Assembly (NCBI RefSeq): GCF_006345805.1
Contig: NC_043008.1
Location: 31,434,001 to 31,498,000, forward strand
Source of the DNA: Octopus sinensis
Lineage: Eukaryota
Length of the DNA stretch: 64,000 bases
Reading direction: 5' to 3'
The position numbers were made by a program, and so were the translations under genes. The first letter of the stretch is position 1. Every line of letters starts with the position of its first letter. Shown in pieces: positions 48,275 through 62,590 of this stretch. The notes beneath the pieces were generated by a model. It was not told the origin of the DNA. It worked only from the letters and a program-made list of their open reading frames with translations, and made no database searches.

Positions 48275-48437
48275 TACTCGACCCCAGTACTCAAATGGTA
48301 CTCATTTTATCGACCCCGAAAAGATGAAAGGCAAAGTCGACCTCGGCGGTCTTTGAACTCAGAACGTAAAGTTAGAAGAAATGCTATCAAGCATATTATC
48401 CGGCGCAGTAAACGACTCTGCCAGCTCGCCGCCTTTC
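48275..48437 (-). mobile_element. SINE family B
   Basis: tcgaccccagtactc...gatgaaaggcaaagtcgacctcggcgg...actctgccagctcgccgcc. Confidence 0.82.
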
Positions 48438-48921
48438 ACTGGTGTAAAATATTGAGACTGGTGAGCGATTGGATTACATCCACTCCCAACTCGTCACTTA
48501 TACTGTTTGCTGTCCTACTTGCCTGACAAAATGCACCCGATTTGACATTTTGCATCATATTTGCTGTACCCGCGGAAATTCCACACAGTTTTAAGTACTA
48601 TAAGATTGATGGTTTATCGAGAACCATACATTCTATACATAATTTCTTGATTTTTTTTTTCAGTGTTTCCTTCTTGAATTAGTGTAAGATTTACATAAGT
48701 AGTACTTTGAAGGGATGAAACAGATTTTAAAATTAAACGTTTTCTACCGTGAGACTTTTTAATCTATTATTTCTAAGCGTGGTTGCGTGGTTTAGAAACC
48801 TGCGTGGTACATTGGGTACGTGTCGCACATTGGCCAAGCTTCTTTTACGACAGCCCCTGACTAACCAAAGCATTGTGAGTGGATTTGTTAGACGGAAACT
48901 GAAAGAAAACTGTCGTATATG

Positions 48922-49006
<85 letters not shown>

Positions 49007-49878
49007 GTATATATATCAGAGGCGACTCCAGGTCATCAGCGTCACTCGGGCTCATCACCGATCTTGCATTAGACACGTGCTAGCCTGAAGAATTTCACGT
49101 TTTTCCGCAATATTTCTAACTCCAAATGACTTATTTTTAAATATCTAGCACTATGTCTTTCTCCATTTCTAAGTTAAGGTTAAAAATAAAACAACCCTGC
49201 AAAACACACAGACGCACAGAATAACAGCAATCCATTAACGACGGTAGAATGCACAACAAACATCAGCGATCTGACTGTCGCTTGTACTCTTGGCAAGAGA
49301 TACTTTTAATTTTACGATTATAGATAACAACTCGGGCTGTAACTTCTGAACCCGAGTCAGGCGTGTTTGAACGATGTCAGGCAGTGTTGATTTGATGGAA
49401 AGAGTGAGTTAATGTGCGGCACATACATTTGATTTCTATAAACAAATCATTTGTGCAGGTCGTTCGGAAAAAAAGCTGAACACTCATTCGTCGTTTTCCA
49501 TCGCTAAACAATGAATCCTTCTTTTCGATGAAGGAAGTCATAATTTGGGAAAGATCTGATTGCTATGTTTTGCAAATCGAACTACCACATAGAGGCATCC
49601 ATGCTAGCTCAACGTGTACGTGATGGTAATGGTTTTGGAAGAGATAACTACAGATTTTTCAGAAAATATTTATCTGTATTTATCTGCATTCAGCTAGTTA
49701 CATGAGTGTGTGTATATGTGTGTGTGTCTATACGTCTACCTTATTTCTCTTTCTTTCGCTCTCTCGTTTCCTATCTATTTCTATCAATAATAGGTTTAGC
49801 AGTAAATGCTTTTCAAGTTACCGTCACGCATACATAGACATTCAGATATTCACTCACACATACACACATACACACACA

Positions 49879-49934
<56 letters not shown>

Positions 49935-50296
49935 ACTATAATACTGACCACAAAGACTGTAGGGGATAATAAAAATGCGACATTTTGGCGTCTCTTCGTA
50001 GTAAGGCATCAGAACGGTGTACCAAATTAATTGTCCTATCTTCATAGTCCCTTGGAGACCCAAGAAATCAGTTTTACATCCTTTCACCAATAAAAGTGTT
50101 CCTTTTGAATATATGTAAAAGGAAATTAAAATGATTCGTTTGTCTTCTGTGTTAAATAGAAATAATTAGGTGACACTATAGTAGAAAAAGTAGAATACTC
50201 TGGATAAACTGTGTCTACGATCAGGTCTTGAACTTTAGTTGGGAAATGTTCATTTCACATCCATCGCTAAAGTTGTCTTTAAGAAATGGTTCCATT

Positions 50297-50476
50297 AGGC
50301 GCGGGTGTGGCTGTGTGGTAAGAAGCTTGCTTCCCAACCACAAGGTTCTGGGTTCGCGGCGTCTTGGGCGAGTGTCTTCTGCTATACCCTGGGCTGATCA
50401 AAGCCTTGTCGATTTGGTAGAGGGAAGCTGAATGAAGTCCGCTGTGTATATGTTTATATATATATATATAATATAT

Positions 50477-50510
<34 letters not shown>

Positions 50511-50712
50511 ATGTGTATATGTGTGTTTGACCTCCGCCACCGTTTGACAACCGGTGCTGTTGTGTTTACATCCCGATAACTTAGCGGTTCGGCAAAAAAT
50601 ACCTATAGCATAAGTACTAAGCTTAAAAAAAATAAGTACTGTGGTCGAGTCATTCGACTAAAAGTTCCTAGCATGGCCATAGTGTAATGGCTGAAACAAG
50701 TAAAAGATAAAA
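50297..50712 (+). mobile_element. SINE family A
   Basis: aggcgcgggtgtggctgtgtggtaagaagc...ctagcatggccatagtgtaatggctgaaacaagtaaaag. Confidence 0.85.
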
Positions 50713-50747
50713 TATCACTAATTAAAGTTTTTGAAGAAATGTTCTGA

Positions 50748-51203
50748 GACCACTACCACCATCTCCTAAAGCCGGAGTACACGTATCAACAACAGAGTCT
50801 TCATAACCTCAGACTCTATTCTCCCCAACGCCTCCATGGGCTCCACATCATTTGTTCGGTGCGGAAAGTATTCCTTCGAGATTGTCCAAACGATGCCGGT
50901 ATTAACTTTACAAATCATCCAAGGCTCATCCCCAACATAAATTGTCCTCGAGATCACATAACGTTGCGGCACAACTTTTTTTTTTACCTCAACTGACCGG
51001 GCTTTGTTCAATATGATCCTGAAAGAAATCAAAGAAGAAATGACCCCACAGTATTTAAGAGGTGTTTGAGCAAATTCGCCCCAAAAGTCCAACGATCGAA
51101 AGTACATAGATACGTTCCGATCAGCAACATCTCCGTACTCGAATGGGCTAAGGAGTGCCATAGTCTGAACACGGGCCATACCGATACCCTTGCTGATTTA
51201 TGA
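50748..51203 (+). pseudogene. 3' ORF2 fragment of a second LINE family related to 22112-25995
   Basis: YTYQQQSLHNLRLYSPQR..VRKVFL..CPNDAGINF..HPRL..TSTDRALFNMILKEIK..FKRCLSKF...YV..SNISVLEWA parallels the Y..RL..L.LYSL.RR / LFN.LP / FK..LD.FL motifs of the main LINE C-terminus. Confidence 0.65.
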
Positions 51204-51674
51204 TGCACTTTAGCTTAGTTTGTTATCGATAGAATGTTACAAATTCTCCCGAGAGATGACCATATGAATGTTCTAAGCTTCTTCCCTTTTCCAATTTGTT
51301 ATGAAAGTCTTCGGTATATCTACAATGTTAGTTTCTTAGCAAAGCTGCTATTCAATCACTGAAAACAAAACAAAATTCTTTATCAGAATATTTTTAAAAT
51401 CTGCCACATCAATCGAAAAAGAAAAAATAAGTGACAATGCAACTGAAAGGTGTATAAACCATGTAAACCCCACAACCACATGTCTAGTGTCTGGTCCTTG
51501 TTAAATTTCTTCCAACCACTTGGATGAAGTTTATCAAATTTTCACCAGATTATTTTTCTAATATAACTTTGCATGCTGATGACGAATCTCGCATTCATTT
51601 TCTAGAAATTAATAATGAAGAAATTACATTCCTATATTTATGAGATGAGGAATTATTTACTACTCCATACGCCC

Positions 51675-51927
51675 GGGCATATGATGTAGCGGTTAAGAGC
51701 ACGGGCTACTAACCCCAAGATTCCGAGTTCGATTCCAAGCAGTGACCTGAATAATAATGATAATAATAATAATAATAACATCGAAAAATACCTTAGGAAT
51801 GAGAATCCAGGTTCGAAATTTCCCCAAGACACCTAATGAAGGCTGGAGGGTACATCAGCCGAAACGTTGTGTTAGCAACAAACAAGATGAGGACAAATAT
51901 CTGTCAAATGTAAATAATGTAAATAAT
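51675..51927 (+). mobile_element. Composite element: tRNA-like head, (AAT)n, HHR-bearing tail
   Basis: A-box tgatgtagcgg 51682-92, B-box agttcgattcc 51726-36, (AAT)n, HHR 51828-51873, then tgtaaataa twice. Confidence 0.6.
51828..51873 (+). ncRNA. Minimal type I hammerhead motif (G5 mutated in this copy)
   Basis: GACAC-CTAATGA-A-GGCTG-gagggtacat-CAGCC-GAAACGT-T-GTGTT; stems I and II fully paired. Confidence 0.7.
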
Positions 51928-52450
51928 ATAAAGAAATTACATATTTGTAAAAGAATTTGAAGAAAATGTTGGAAGAAATTTCCCAAGATTATTTGATCTT
52001 TTAATCTTTTACTTGATTTAGCCATCAGGTTACGGTCGTGCTGGGACACCGCCGTGAAGGGGTTAGTCGAACAAATTGACTTCAGTACTGACTTCTTAAG
52101 CATGGTTTGCCGAACTGCTATGTTATGATGTCATAAACAAACCAATACCGGTTGCGGTTGACAAGTATTAGAAGCGGAGACGAACGCAAACACAAAGATA
52201 TACTCACATATGTACACATGCATATATACGTATATATATGTATGCATGTATGTATATATGTTCTCTCTCATTTTAATTTTAGACTAAATTTTGACAAATT
52301 CTAAGACACTACCTTGTAGGGTTTATTATCGAAGTGTATGGACTTCGATGTTATTCTACCAACAAGCTCGCGTTGTTGAATTTCCAATATCGCAGGCATG
52401 GCTCTGTGGTTAAGAATGTCGCTCTGTAGCCACGAAGTTTCGGGATTAAT

Positions 52451-52528
52451 CAGGGCCGGATTTAAGGGGGGGGGGCGAAGAGGGCAATTGCCCTAGACCT
52501 CCCACCACGAAGATATTGGGGCCCCCTG
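52451..52528 (+). mobile_element. hAT-like (Tip100-type) terminal fragment
   Basis: cagggccggatttaagggggg...gggcaattgccc...ggggccccc; no partner end found. Confidence 0.5.
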
Positions 52529-53679
52529 TTACGAAGGATATATAGTACTCCATTCATAGAGCCCCACCTTCCAGCAATCAGGCACGAAGAGGTTCTCTAC
52601 TAAAGTAACTGGATTGTGAAGGAGAGTATCTTGTTTTAACCACCATCCTTTAAATCTTAAAATGGGCTTGCAGGTTTTTATAGTCTTAGGTATCGTGATT
52701 AATTGTAGCATATGAATTAAGGATTTGCATTTTACCACCAATATTCCAAGTTCGTTAATACTTTGCTCCAGACGGTTGGTATGTACCCTGTTGCTCTAAT
52801 AATAGTAGGTATGAAGCTGAAAGTGTATGTATGTATGTATGTATGTATGTATGTATGTATGTATATAGAAGATAGTTACCCAAGGTGCCGTGCAGTGGGA
52901 TTGAACCCGAAACCACATAGTTGCCGAGCAAGCTTCTTTAACCACACAGCCATGCCTGCGATATGGCAATGCAACGTTGCGCGCTTATTGGTAGAATCCC
53001 ATCGAAGTCCATACACTCGCATATATATATATATATGTACCTCGACACAAACACAAACATACAAATATCCATTTATACACAGTCACACTACACACGAACG
53101 CTCTTAATCACCACATACACACATACGCAATCATACATATACACACTCATGCACATAAAATAAAAAAGAATAAAAAGGCAACATGTAAGTTTATGTGTTT
53201 GTGTAGGACTTTATACATATATGTGTGTACTTATATAATGCATGCACACGTACATTTATACATTCATACACACATACGCCCATCATACGCATATTCACAC
53301 GGATATGCGCACATATACACATGCAAACGTACATACATGCATACATGCATACATACATACATACATACATACATACATACATACATACATACATACATAC
53401 ATACATACATGCATGCATGCATGCATAAGCTTTCTTAAATAGCAGGAGTAATGGGAATGAGTCAGTGAAAGAGAAGAGAGTGAAAAAGAAGTATAAAAAC
53501 GGAGAAAAAAGACAGAAAAAACCCCCCAGAAATTGTGAAAGAGAGCTGGAAACTAATGTAGAGAGGAAAGCAAGTTGAGAATGGTAGAGGACATTGATTC
53601 AATTTTAATTTAACTAATTTATCATTCTTATTAATCTACTCCATCCTAAATATCAATGATTTATTCATTGTCGCAATGG

Positions 53680-54100
53680 CGACGAATAGGAGGGAGACAT
53701 TACAGGAACGAATTATATAAAATGTTCGGTCTCTTTTCAATAAAGTGTGGAAACCGTGTATAGACCAAATAAAAATTAAATGAAAAAAAATAACCGTCAT
53801 GGGAATCCGACAGATCCCAGGCCACCATGACGCTCCCTACAAATTGTGCTCTCTGGCTTGCAGTTTCGTGTTGAGAGTGTGTCGATTTCAACGAGACTAT
53901 ACCCCTAGGTCTCAACCACTTTCCAGTAATTATACTGGAAGACTGCACTTTCTTCCCTATTTCCATCTTTTCGTCTGTACTGTTAATCTTTCGTTTTTGT
54001 ATTTAGTTTGCAAAATCCTGATGAGAGCCCATGAGCCAGAAACATTGTTTGTATCTCGTAAGGGTCATTATACCCATAATAAGTACACGCAATGGTTCTA
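53680..54100 (+). mobile_element. Probable PLE 3' fragment with degenerate HHR
   Basis: ORF-end-like NKVWKPCIDQIKIK*, then CTGATGA (54018-24)...GAAAC (54039-43) with a damaged stem II. Confidence 0.45.
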
Positions 54101-54211
54101 TTTCACTTCTGGTATTATTATTATTATTATTATATATATTATATTACATTATATTATATTATATTATACTATATTATACATACATACATACATACATACA
54201 TACATACTACA

Positions 54212-54244
<33 letters not shown>

Positions 54245-55332
54245 GTATATATCCGAGTGAAAAGACAAACGAAAGAAGGGCAATCAACTCATTTATTGAG
54301 AGTAACATTTATGGATCAAAACTGTTGGCCAAAATCCTTGGTACTCTGAGTTTCAAGCGTGATGCCACTCTTCGGCCATAGGAATTCAGTAATAATAATG
54401 ACAAACACAACATAAATGTGCGATAATTAGGTACAGAAGCCAAGAGGAAGCTCCTGAAATAGTCACCAAATCACACAAAAAAAATAGCAGCTAAATCTCC
54501 CCCAAATGCTATCTTACACCTTAAAAAGAAGAATCACACATTAGATTGAATAGTCCTTATCTACAATATCTAAACCAAAAAGAAAAAATAAAAGAAAAAG
54601 AAACAGACTGGATGGTCACAACTGGAACATCTTTGACGATAGGTCTTTTTGACCCGATCTGCCTTGGTTGTGACTCAGCATGCTGCTTGTTAACAGTGTA
54701 AGAATATCATTAGTGGAGCGAGCTGAAGAGATATCAAATACTGCTGGGATATCAATGGAGAAGCGGGTAGAGGAATATTGATTGGATGCTGCTAGAATAT
54801 CGTTAGACAAGCGGGTAGAGGTGGGTATTGAATGCTACTGGAATATCGTTAGAGGAGCGGGTAGAAGGGCTATTGAATACTGCAGGAATAGCAATGGAGA
54901 TGCGAGCGGGATAATATCGAATGGTGCCGTAATATCGTTAGAGAAGTGGGTAGAGGAACAATGAATGCTGCTGAATGTAGTGGCAGAATTTAATATGGTT
55001 TTGGCGTGATTAAAGAATTGGTAGAACAACGGGCATTGTAGCATCAAGTTGTATCTCACTGTTTTGAGTTCAAAACACCCAAAAATCCAGTTTGCTTCAC
55101 ATACTTCTGAGGTCGATAAGATAACGATCCAACCAACTGGTAACAGGTGTATGGTAAACAAATTTGCAAGCATCCTCTCACAACTTCTCCTCTGGTTGGT
55201 CAATACCTAGCAGATGGTATTGTTAGGGACATCATAGAAGGTTGTTATATGATTATGAATATGTGTGTTTATGTGTGTCCGTGTATGCTTGTGTGAAATT
55301 TTTACCGATGTATATCGGTGAAAGACATAACA

Positions 55333-55550
55333 TTGGTTTCAAATTTTTGGTACAAAACCAGCAAGTGTGGGGGAGGGGCTAAGTCAATTACATCGACCCC
55401 AGTACACAACTGGTACTTATTTTATTGACCCCCACAAATGGATGAAAGGCAAAGTCAACCTCAATGGAATTTGAACTCAGAACGTAAAGACGGACGAAAT
55501 GCCGCTAAGCATTTTGCCTGGTGTGCTAACGATTTTACCAGCTTACCGCC
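55333..55550 (-). mobile_element. SINE family B
   Basis: ttggtttcaaatttttggtacaaaacc...gatgaaaggcaaagtcaacctc...gctaacgattttaccagcttaccgcc. Confidence 0.82.
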
Positions 55551-55559
55551 TTAATAACA

Positions 55560-55614
<55 letters not shown>

Positions 55615-56164
55615 CAACAATAACAATGATAATAATGCCCTGATGCTGTACCAGGTAGTGGCTCTAATGGCTTCTCATCTTAAATTATTGGAAGTGTTAT
55701 CATGTACACGTTTTGTCTCGGAGCTACAGCAAATGTTCTGCTCAATACCACAGATTTGCTTGTCAGTTGTTTAACCTTAACCAGTTGAACATGTTTCTTA
55801 GTGGCTGACGATATGTGCATCTCTGATCAATAGAAGTAGTGGGGGAGTATCATTGCAATGTGTTGAGAGGAATTCTTTGGGGGCTTGAATTATTCGCATT
55901 TGGGTGGTTCTTTCATCATCCTTAAACAAACCTTATTCAGAGAACTTTTGAGTAGGATGGAGTGCTCGACCTGAATAAAGTTCTAACTGGGCCCCACCTG
56001 CAAGGTCATGCGCTGTTTATCTTGATATGAGATTACCATGTTGCGCACATATGGTTGTGATGCATGTGCCAGGTGTACCCTTATCATGTTGGGTATATTG
56101 GGCTTCGTATATCTTACCCCAGTGTCACTTTGATGGCGTGCACTGCTCTCTCACTCAATAACAG

Positions 56165-56385
56165 TAATAATTTTTTCTACTATAGGCATAAAGCCTGAAA
56201 TTTCGGGGTGGGGATAAGTCAATTACATCGACCCCCAGTGTTCAGCCGGTACTTATTTATCGACCCCTAAAGGATGAAAGGTAAAGTCGATCACGGTGGA
56301 ATTTGAACTCAGAACGTAAACACGGACGAAATGCTGCTAAGCATTTTGCTCGGCGCGCTAGCGATTCTGCCAGCTCACCGCCTTT
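56165..56385 (-). mobile_element. SINE family B
   Basis: aggcataaagcctgaaatttcgggg...gcgattctgccagctcaccgcc. Confidence 0.82.
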
Positions 56386-56599
56386 GTGAAGGCCCCGATA
56401 CTAGTGAGAAAACTGAAACTTCGACATTCTTTGAACAAAGTTTTTTGCGACATTTTTCTGAGTTACAGGCGATTCCTTACCACACAAGTTGTCAGAAATG
56501 CAGTTGACCGAAGCCGGTAATGGCTGCGTAGGAAACAAGCCGAGGTGAAATCCCAGGTCAGTGACAGGGCCTGTTACAGTGGTTAGTGTGGAGTCGTAG

Positions 56600-56605
56600 G
56601 CGTTA

Positions 56606-56653
<48 letters not shown>

Positions 56654-57178
56654 TGTGGTGGTGGTGGTGGTGGTGGTAGTGGTGGTGGTGGTGGGGATTG
56701 GTAAGTTGTAAGAATGGCGATGTTTGTGGTGACAAGCACGATGACGAAGATGATTATGTTCCCTGCGGTGGTTGCGTTGGTAGTGGTGGTTGTGGCGGCG
56801 GCAGTGGCTGCTGCGGTGGTAATGGTTGCAAGAACGGTAGTCTTGATGCAGGTAGGGATGGTATTGACAAGGATGGTAGTGGTACCAGAATGATGGTCAT
56901 GGAGGGGTGGTGAGAAGGATGGTGTTGGCGGTGGTGTTGGATAGGACAGTCACGATGACAAGGATAATGGGTATGGTGGGGGAACACAAGGATGTTTGTG
57001 ATGACAAGGGTTGTGGTGACGGTGGCTGTAGGGTCAAAGATCGTAGTGTTGTTGTTGTTGTTGGTAGCTAGGATGGTTTACGATGACAAAAAGGATAGCA
57101 AAATTGAGCGGAGTGACAAAGGTGGGGACGGGCGTGTTGGTCGTGATGGTGATAGTAGTAGTAGTTGTGTGTGTGTGT

Positions 57179-57218
<40 letters not shown>

Positions 57219-58030
57219 TCGTTGTTTGCCGTCATCGTAGTGGTGATGGTCGTGGCAGCAAGGCTGGTAATGATGGCAAAGCGCGGTAGTTGTGTGTCAA
57301 AGATGGTGATGGTGACAAGGATTGTGGTGTCGTTGCTGTTGCTGTTGTTGTTGGTGGTGGTGGTGCAAAGAATGGAGAATGTCTGCAAATAATGGATAAT
57401 GTTCTTAGCAAAGGATGTCATTCAATATTTTGATGAGTTTACTGGTATGGGAGGAAAGGGAAGATAATAAATATGTATGTACATGTAAAAATGGTAGTGG
57501 TAATGATTGAGATGGTGATAGCGGTGGCGGTGGCGGGGTTTGTGTTGGCGGCAGTGGTGCTGATGGTGATAGTGGTGGTGGTGATGGGGACGATGATTAT
57601 GGAGAGGATGACGACGATGATAGTGATATTTATATCGGCTCTGATACGACAGATTTTTCATCAAAGGCATTCCAGCCATAACCATCCCGTCTTCGTGCAA
57701 AATCATTGACTATTGTGCCATCCTCTTATTTGATTTTATGATTGAAATAGTAGGGTGTGCTCTCAGGGAGTGCTGACTGCTATCTCTAGCGTGTTAAGGA
57801 TCTAAATTAAGGTTTCCTCGTTCACTTCACTTTCGTATGGACGTCTGTGGTGTGATGTTTGTGGGCGTGATTATTTTGGGGTAGCAAAGACGTGATTGTG
57901 TTTGGTGCTAGCGTAGGCGGTACGTGTGATGCTGGCAGTGATATTGATGGGAGTGTAGTGTTGGTCTTGGTGGTGGTAGCAGTGGTGGTGGTGGTGGTGG
58001 TGGTGGTGGTGGTGGGCGGTGGTAGTTGGG
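56600..58030. repeat. GGT/GAT-rich low-complexity tract
   Basis: Direct inspection; no stable reading frame. Confidence 0.85.
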
Positions 58031-58435
58031 ATGTTGATAGTGATGATAGTGGTGCATGTGTGTGTGTGTATATATATATATACATAGTTGGTGCAGTACA
58101 TGTTATCGCTTGCATGACTTGACCTTTTGACATTTCATCGTGACTCAAAAAAATATAAAATGCATACAAAGAAAACAAAAAAAGAAAAATAACAAAACAT
58201 GATGATGTTGGCGACGACGACGACGACGGCGATGATGATCATAATTTCACCATCATCATCATCATCATCAATAACAACAACAACATTTTGATGAGGAGAC
58301 ACACGAAGACAGGAGTGTGACAGAAAATAAGTTTGAGTTCCCAACTCCGACCTCACTGCACGCACCTTACACTCACTCATACACACGCTAATGCACACTA
58401 ACTCATACACGTTTGCATATGTATCCACACTTATA

Positions 58436-58470
<35 letters not shown>

Positions 58471-59262
58471 CGTGGCTGTGTAGTAAGAAGCTTGCTTCCC
58501 AACCACACGATTGCGGGTTCAGTGCCCCAGCATGACCGTAGCAAAGATTTATATGTACACACAGGTTACGCGAGATGTTAGAGACATATCTTGTAATTCA
58601 ATAAAATGATTCTAATGTAACCAAAACGAAATGTATTTTAATAAAAAACTTGTACATTTGTTCTCGATAAGCTTTCTAAGATTATTCTATGAATTCGCCC
58701 TCGGTTTCTAATAACTGCTTCAATACAAGGCCGGAATCGTTGACATGGCTTTAGTCATTTCGAACATGACTTGGACGAGCGTAGGACAAAACTCCCCTAG
58801 ATAGAAGCCCCTAGAGGAAAAAAAAAGTTTTTAATTAAAAAACTAGGACAAAAGAACAAGCAATTTTTAAATCATAATTTCTATGATTTCTATTCTTATT
58901 ATTCGTAGTTTATGAACACTTCTCTGAGATGTAAAATATTACATTAATTATATAATAACCCCAATCACAAAAATGAGCACAATTAAAGCAACATCATGCC
59001 GTATCTTTGAAAAATTAAAACAAACGCAATATTGAAAACTTCATTAAGTGTTGAGGTTCATTTAAAGTTTATTTTACTTCAGCCTGATGCTGTGCCCTAC
59101 GCCATTCAAAAATTCCTTCATGGTCTTCCTTTCACTCGTATAGCCTAGAGTGGGGTTTTGTCCTAGGGGATTTTTTTTTCTATGTTCATAATTAAATCAA
59201 TGTTTTAATGATTAGAACAGCTCTCACAGACTATGTACAATTTTGTTCTTCACAACTCCTGA

Positions 59263-59362
59263 AGCTGTTTTCTGACAAGGGGGTAAGGGTCAGGAAGTTT
59301 TCATACAGCTGGAGGCTCCAATCGAAACAGGGGACCCGAAATGATAAGGTTGAGAAACGCTG
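59263..59362. mobile_element. Small hAT (Charlie-like) MITE remnant
   Basis: Right end ggttgagaaacgctg (reverse complement cagcgtttctcaacc); degenerate left end agctgttttctgacaagggg. Confidence 0.45.
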
Positions 59363-62300
59363 TTATAGATTATGCCTAACCGAAAACAATGACAGCCACA
59401 TCATTCAAACAGACCGGGTGAAACCGGGCTTAGCTGCTAGTATTTATATAAATGTGTTTAAGGTATCCAGATTTGTGAATCTGTCATCTGAAGTAAAAGA
59501 ATTACAATTCAATGACGATTGGTTTGTATCATCTGGTAAAGATGTACGAAGAGAGAAGACTAAAGATGACTGTCAGATCAAAGAGCCAGCCAGCCAGCCA
59601 GCCACCCAACCAACCAACCAGACTGGCAGGCAGGCAGGCAGCCAACCTGCCAACCAAACAAGAGAAATATCGTATGTATGTCAATGTATGTTTGTGTCCA
59701 ATGCTGAAAACGTCCCTGTTGGAAAAACTTCAGTATATTTATCTTATGTTTAAGTAAATAAATAAGTTCACAACGGCAATAGAGACAAAGCATGTTTGTT
59801 CTTATTTTCTCTGTGATGGACAATCTTTTTGTCGAGGAGATGTGATAAAAGATTCCATTCCAGTACTTTCTATAAATAATGGAGTCAAACTACGAATTTA
59901 GAGTCGTAGAAATAACGTTCGGTTTTGTAAAAATAACAGCCAAATGTCGCTCAGGTTATACTTTTCCGCCTTAAAAGATGCAATGGTCGCAATAAGAATG
60001 AATTTGCTCATAGGTCTATTTGACTAACATTGAACTGGAATTACAGATCAGCCTCAATAAAATAGAATAAATAGTTTTAAGCCAACGAAGGAGAAATGCA
60101 CAGGGACCAACTATTTCTCAGTCTTTTTGACTTTATGGCCTACCAGAGGTGAAAGTAAAAATTACTTGGAGACAACGCATGGGAAATTCTAAAGAAATGT
60201 TTAAAATTTAAAATTTAAAAACGAAATTTGTTTATGAAAATTGAAAATAACACATTCTTCATGATATTCAAACGTATAGCCTCAAATTATATTTCAAAAC
60301 TTGTATCAGCTCTCAGGTTAACGCTGGTACATGAACACGTTGTTGTATCTGGTTTTGAAGCTTGGCCATAATATTTATCCCTACTTAAGCGTGTATGTTC
60401 TACTAGAACAAACTTTACTGCGGTAGTTGCTATGAGAGAAACTCTCATATTGGCTTTTTGGTGCAAAATGCACTCTTGTTTATGTAGCTAACAGGGGAGA
60501 CAAATCCCCGCCACATCTAGTGCTGAAACCACAAGATCACGTGATTTCAACCTTGTTTTGTATCGTCAATGATGGACACTCGACCGCTAGAAACAGCTGC
60601 GATTATCTCCCCGCCGGTGATATATAGACTGACAGTGCCAGAACTTTTTGGTTCTGCTATTTTTCTCCTTTTCTTTCTGACTCTTTACGATCTAAGGTCC
60701 CGGGTAGGCTTGGTGTACCTGTCTGAATCTATCCGAAAATTAGTGTTCAGTCGGAGGAAGGAATTGAAAAAACACCTTCGTTATTTCTCTCACGAAAAGT
60801 CCGTGACAATCACGTAGCACTTGACTTAGAAATCGCCAGAGATCGTTCACTGATATAATGGTGGAGAAATTATTGAAGGGATTTTGGGTGCTATTTATAG
60901 AAGGTCAAGTAATAAGATAAAAGACTCCCTTTATTCGTTAGTGGTGTGATGAAAACGAAGAGGTAGAAGACGATAACGATTTTGACAGAAGAAGAAGAAG
61001 AAGAAGAAGAAGAAGAAGAAGAAGAAGAAGAAAATGATGGTGATAAAAGTGATAACACGAGGCACCACTGCTTTGACAAGTTGCAATATATGTGTGTGTG
61101 TGGGCGCGCGGGTATGTATGTATGTTTGTATGTGTGTGTGTGTACATTTGTTATATATGTATATATATGTTAGTGTATCTATACACATACGCATATATAT
61201 ACCCGTATATGATATATACACATACACATTCTCTCTCACACACACATGCGTGTGTATCTTATATATATATGTGTGTGTGTGTGCGTGTATGTGTATCTTA
61301 TATATATATGTATGTGTGTGCGCGCGCATGCATGCATACACACATACATACATACATACATACATACATACATACATTTACAACTTACTGTTTTATTAGT
61401 GAATGATGAAGAACACAGAGAATAAAAATGGAAGTTCAACCCTAAAACAAAAACAAAACAAAAAACAGCAGCAAAAAAATAAATAAAATCAGATTTAAAA
61501 AATAAAAAATGAAATCCACCAGCAGTCAACAATGAAATTATATTTGGGGCTTCAGCTGAACTGACCGGGGCTACATGATAACAACAACTACATAAACAGA
61601 AACAATAACAATAACAGAGTTGTAAATGAAGTGGAAACAAAAATTGATTGAGCAGACGACAGGTTTTGGAGAGATTAAGTAGAGCAATTAACAATAAATT
61701 AATGTAGCAACGGGCGGATCCGATTACTTTGACGAGGAGAGTGGCGACTTTAGGGAAGTTTGGTATGACAGTTTGGTCAAGGCTGGGGCTGGGGGAGAGA
61801 ATGATGAGAGTGAAATGGTCAGGATAATAAAATAAAACAGAGACATAAATGAAAAGAGGTAATGTGATATGTAAAGAATGTTCAAAGAAAACCAGGGAAA
61901 TAGGAAAGAGTTGGGAAGAAGATAAATACGACATAGACAGAGAGATAGACTGACAATAGATGGAATAAATGTAGCGAGAGAGAGAGAGGGGAGCAGAAAG
62001 GGAGAGAGAGAGAGAGAGAGAGAGAAGATATGGCGTTGTTTAGACGCCGGTATGGCTGTGTAGTTAAGAAGTTCGCTTCGTGACCAAGTGGTTTCGCGTT
62101 CAGTGCCACTAGGTTGCATCTTGGGCAAGTATCATCTACAGCAGTGTTTCCCAACCCATTTGCCCCCAGGCCCCGTTATAACTTTCTAGAAAAATGTATG
62201 CCTTACTGATGGCATTTTCGCCATAAATCAATCAATAAAAAGTTATTAGTATTTAAGTTTGAAAATTTTGGTAATTTTAGCCTATCGTAAGCCACAGATA

Positions 62301-62590
62301 CATTCATGACTGTTTCCATTGTAACCAGCGGAACAAGAGAACTCTTTTGTTGGTGAGAAACACGTGCCTGTTTCCACAGTAACAAGCGGAACTGAGAACT
62401 CTTATTTGCGAGAAAGAACATGTTGACAAATTTGACACAGTGTTCTGTTGGAAATTTTTCTTTTTGATTATGGCAGCAAGCTCCTGTAACCTCGCGTAGG
62501 GTTTGTTAACCCGAAAGATGGAACTAACACTCAACAAGTAGAGAGTACGTGGGCTTCTGTGAAGCGAGCTCATAAACGGCGCTCTGGCAC

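Noticed and set aside
50766-51179. 137-aa minus-strand ORF
   Set aside because: Antisense to a LINE ORF2 C-terminal fragment recognisable on the plus strand.
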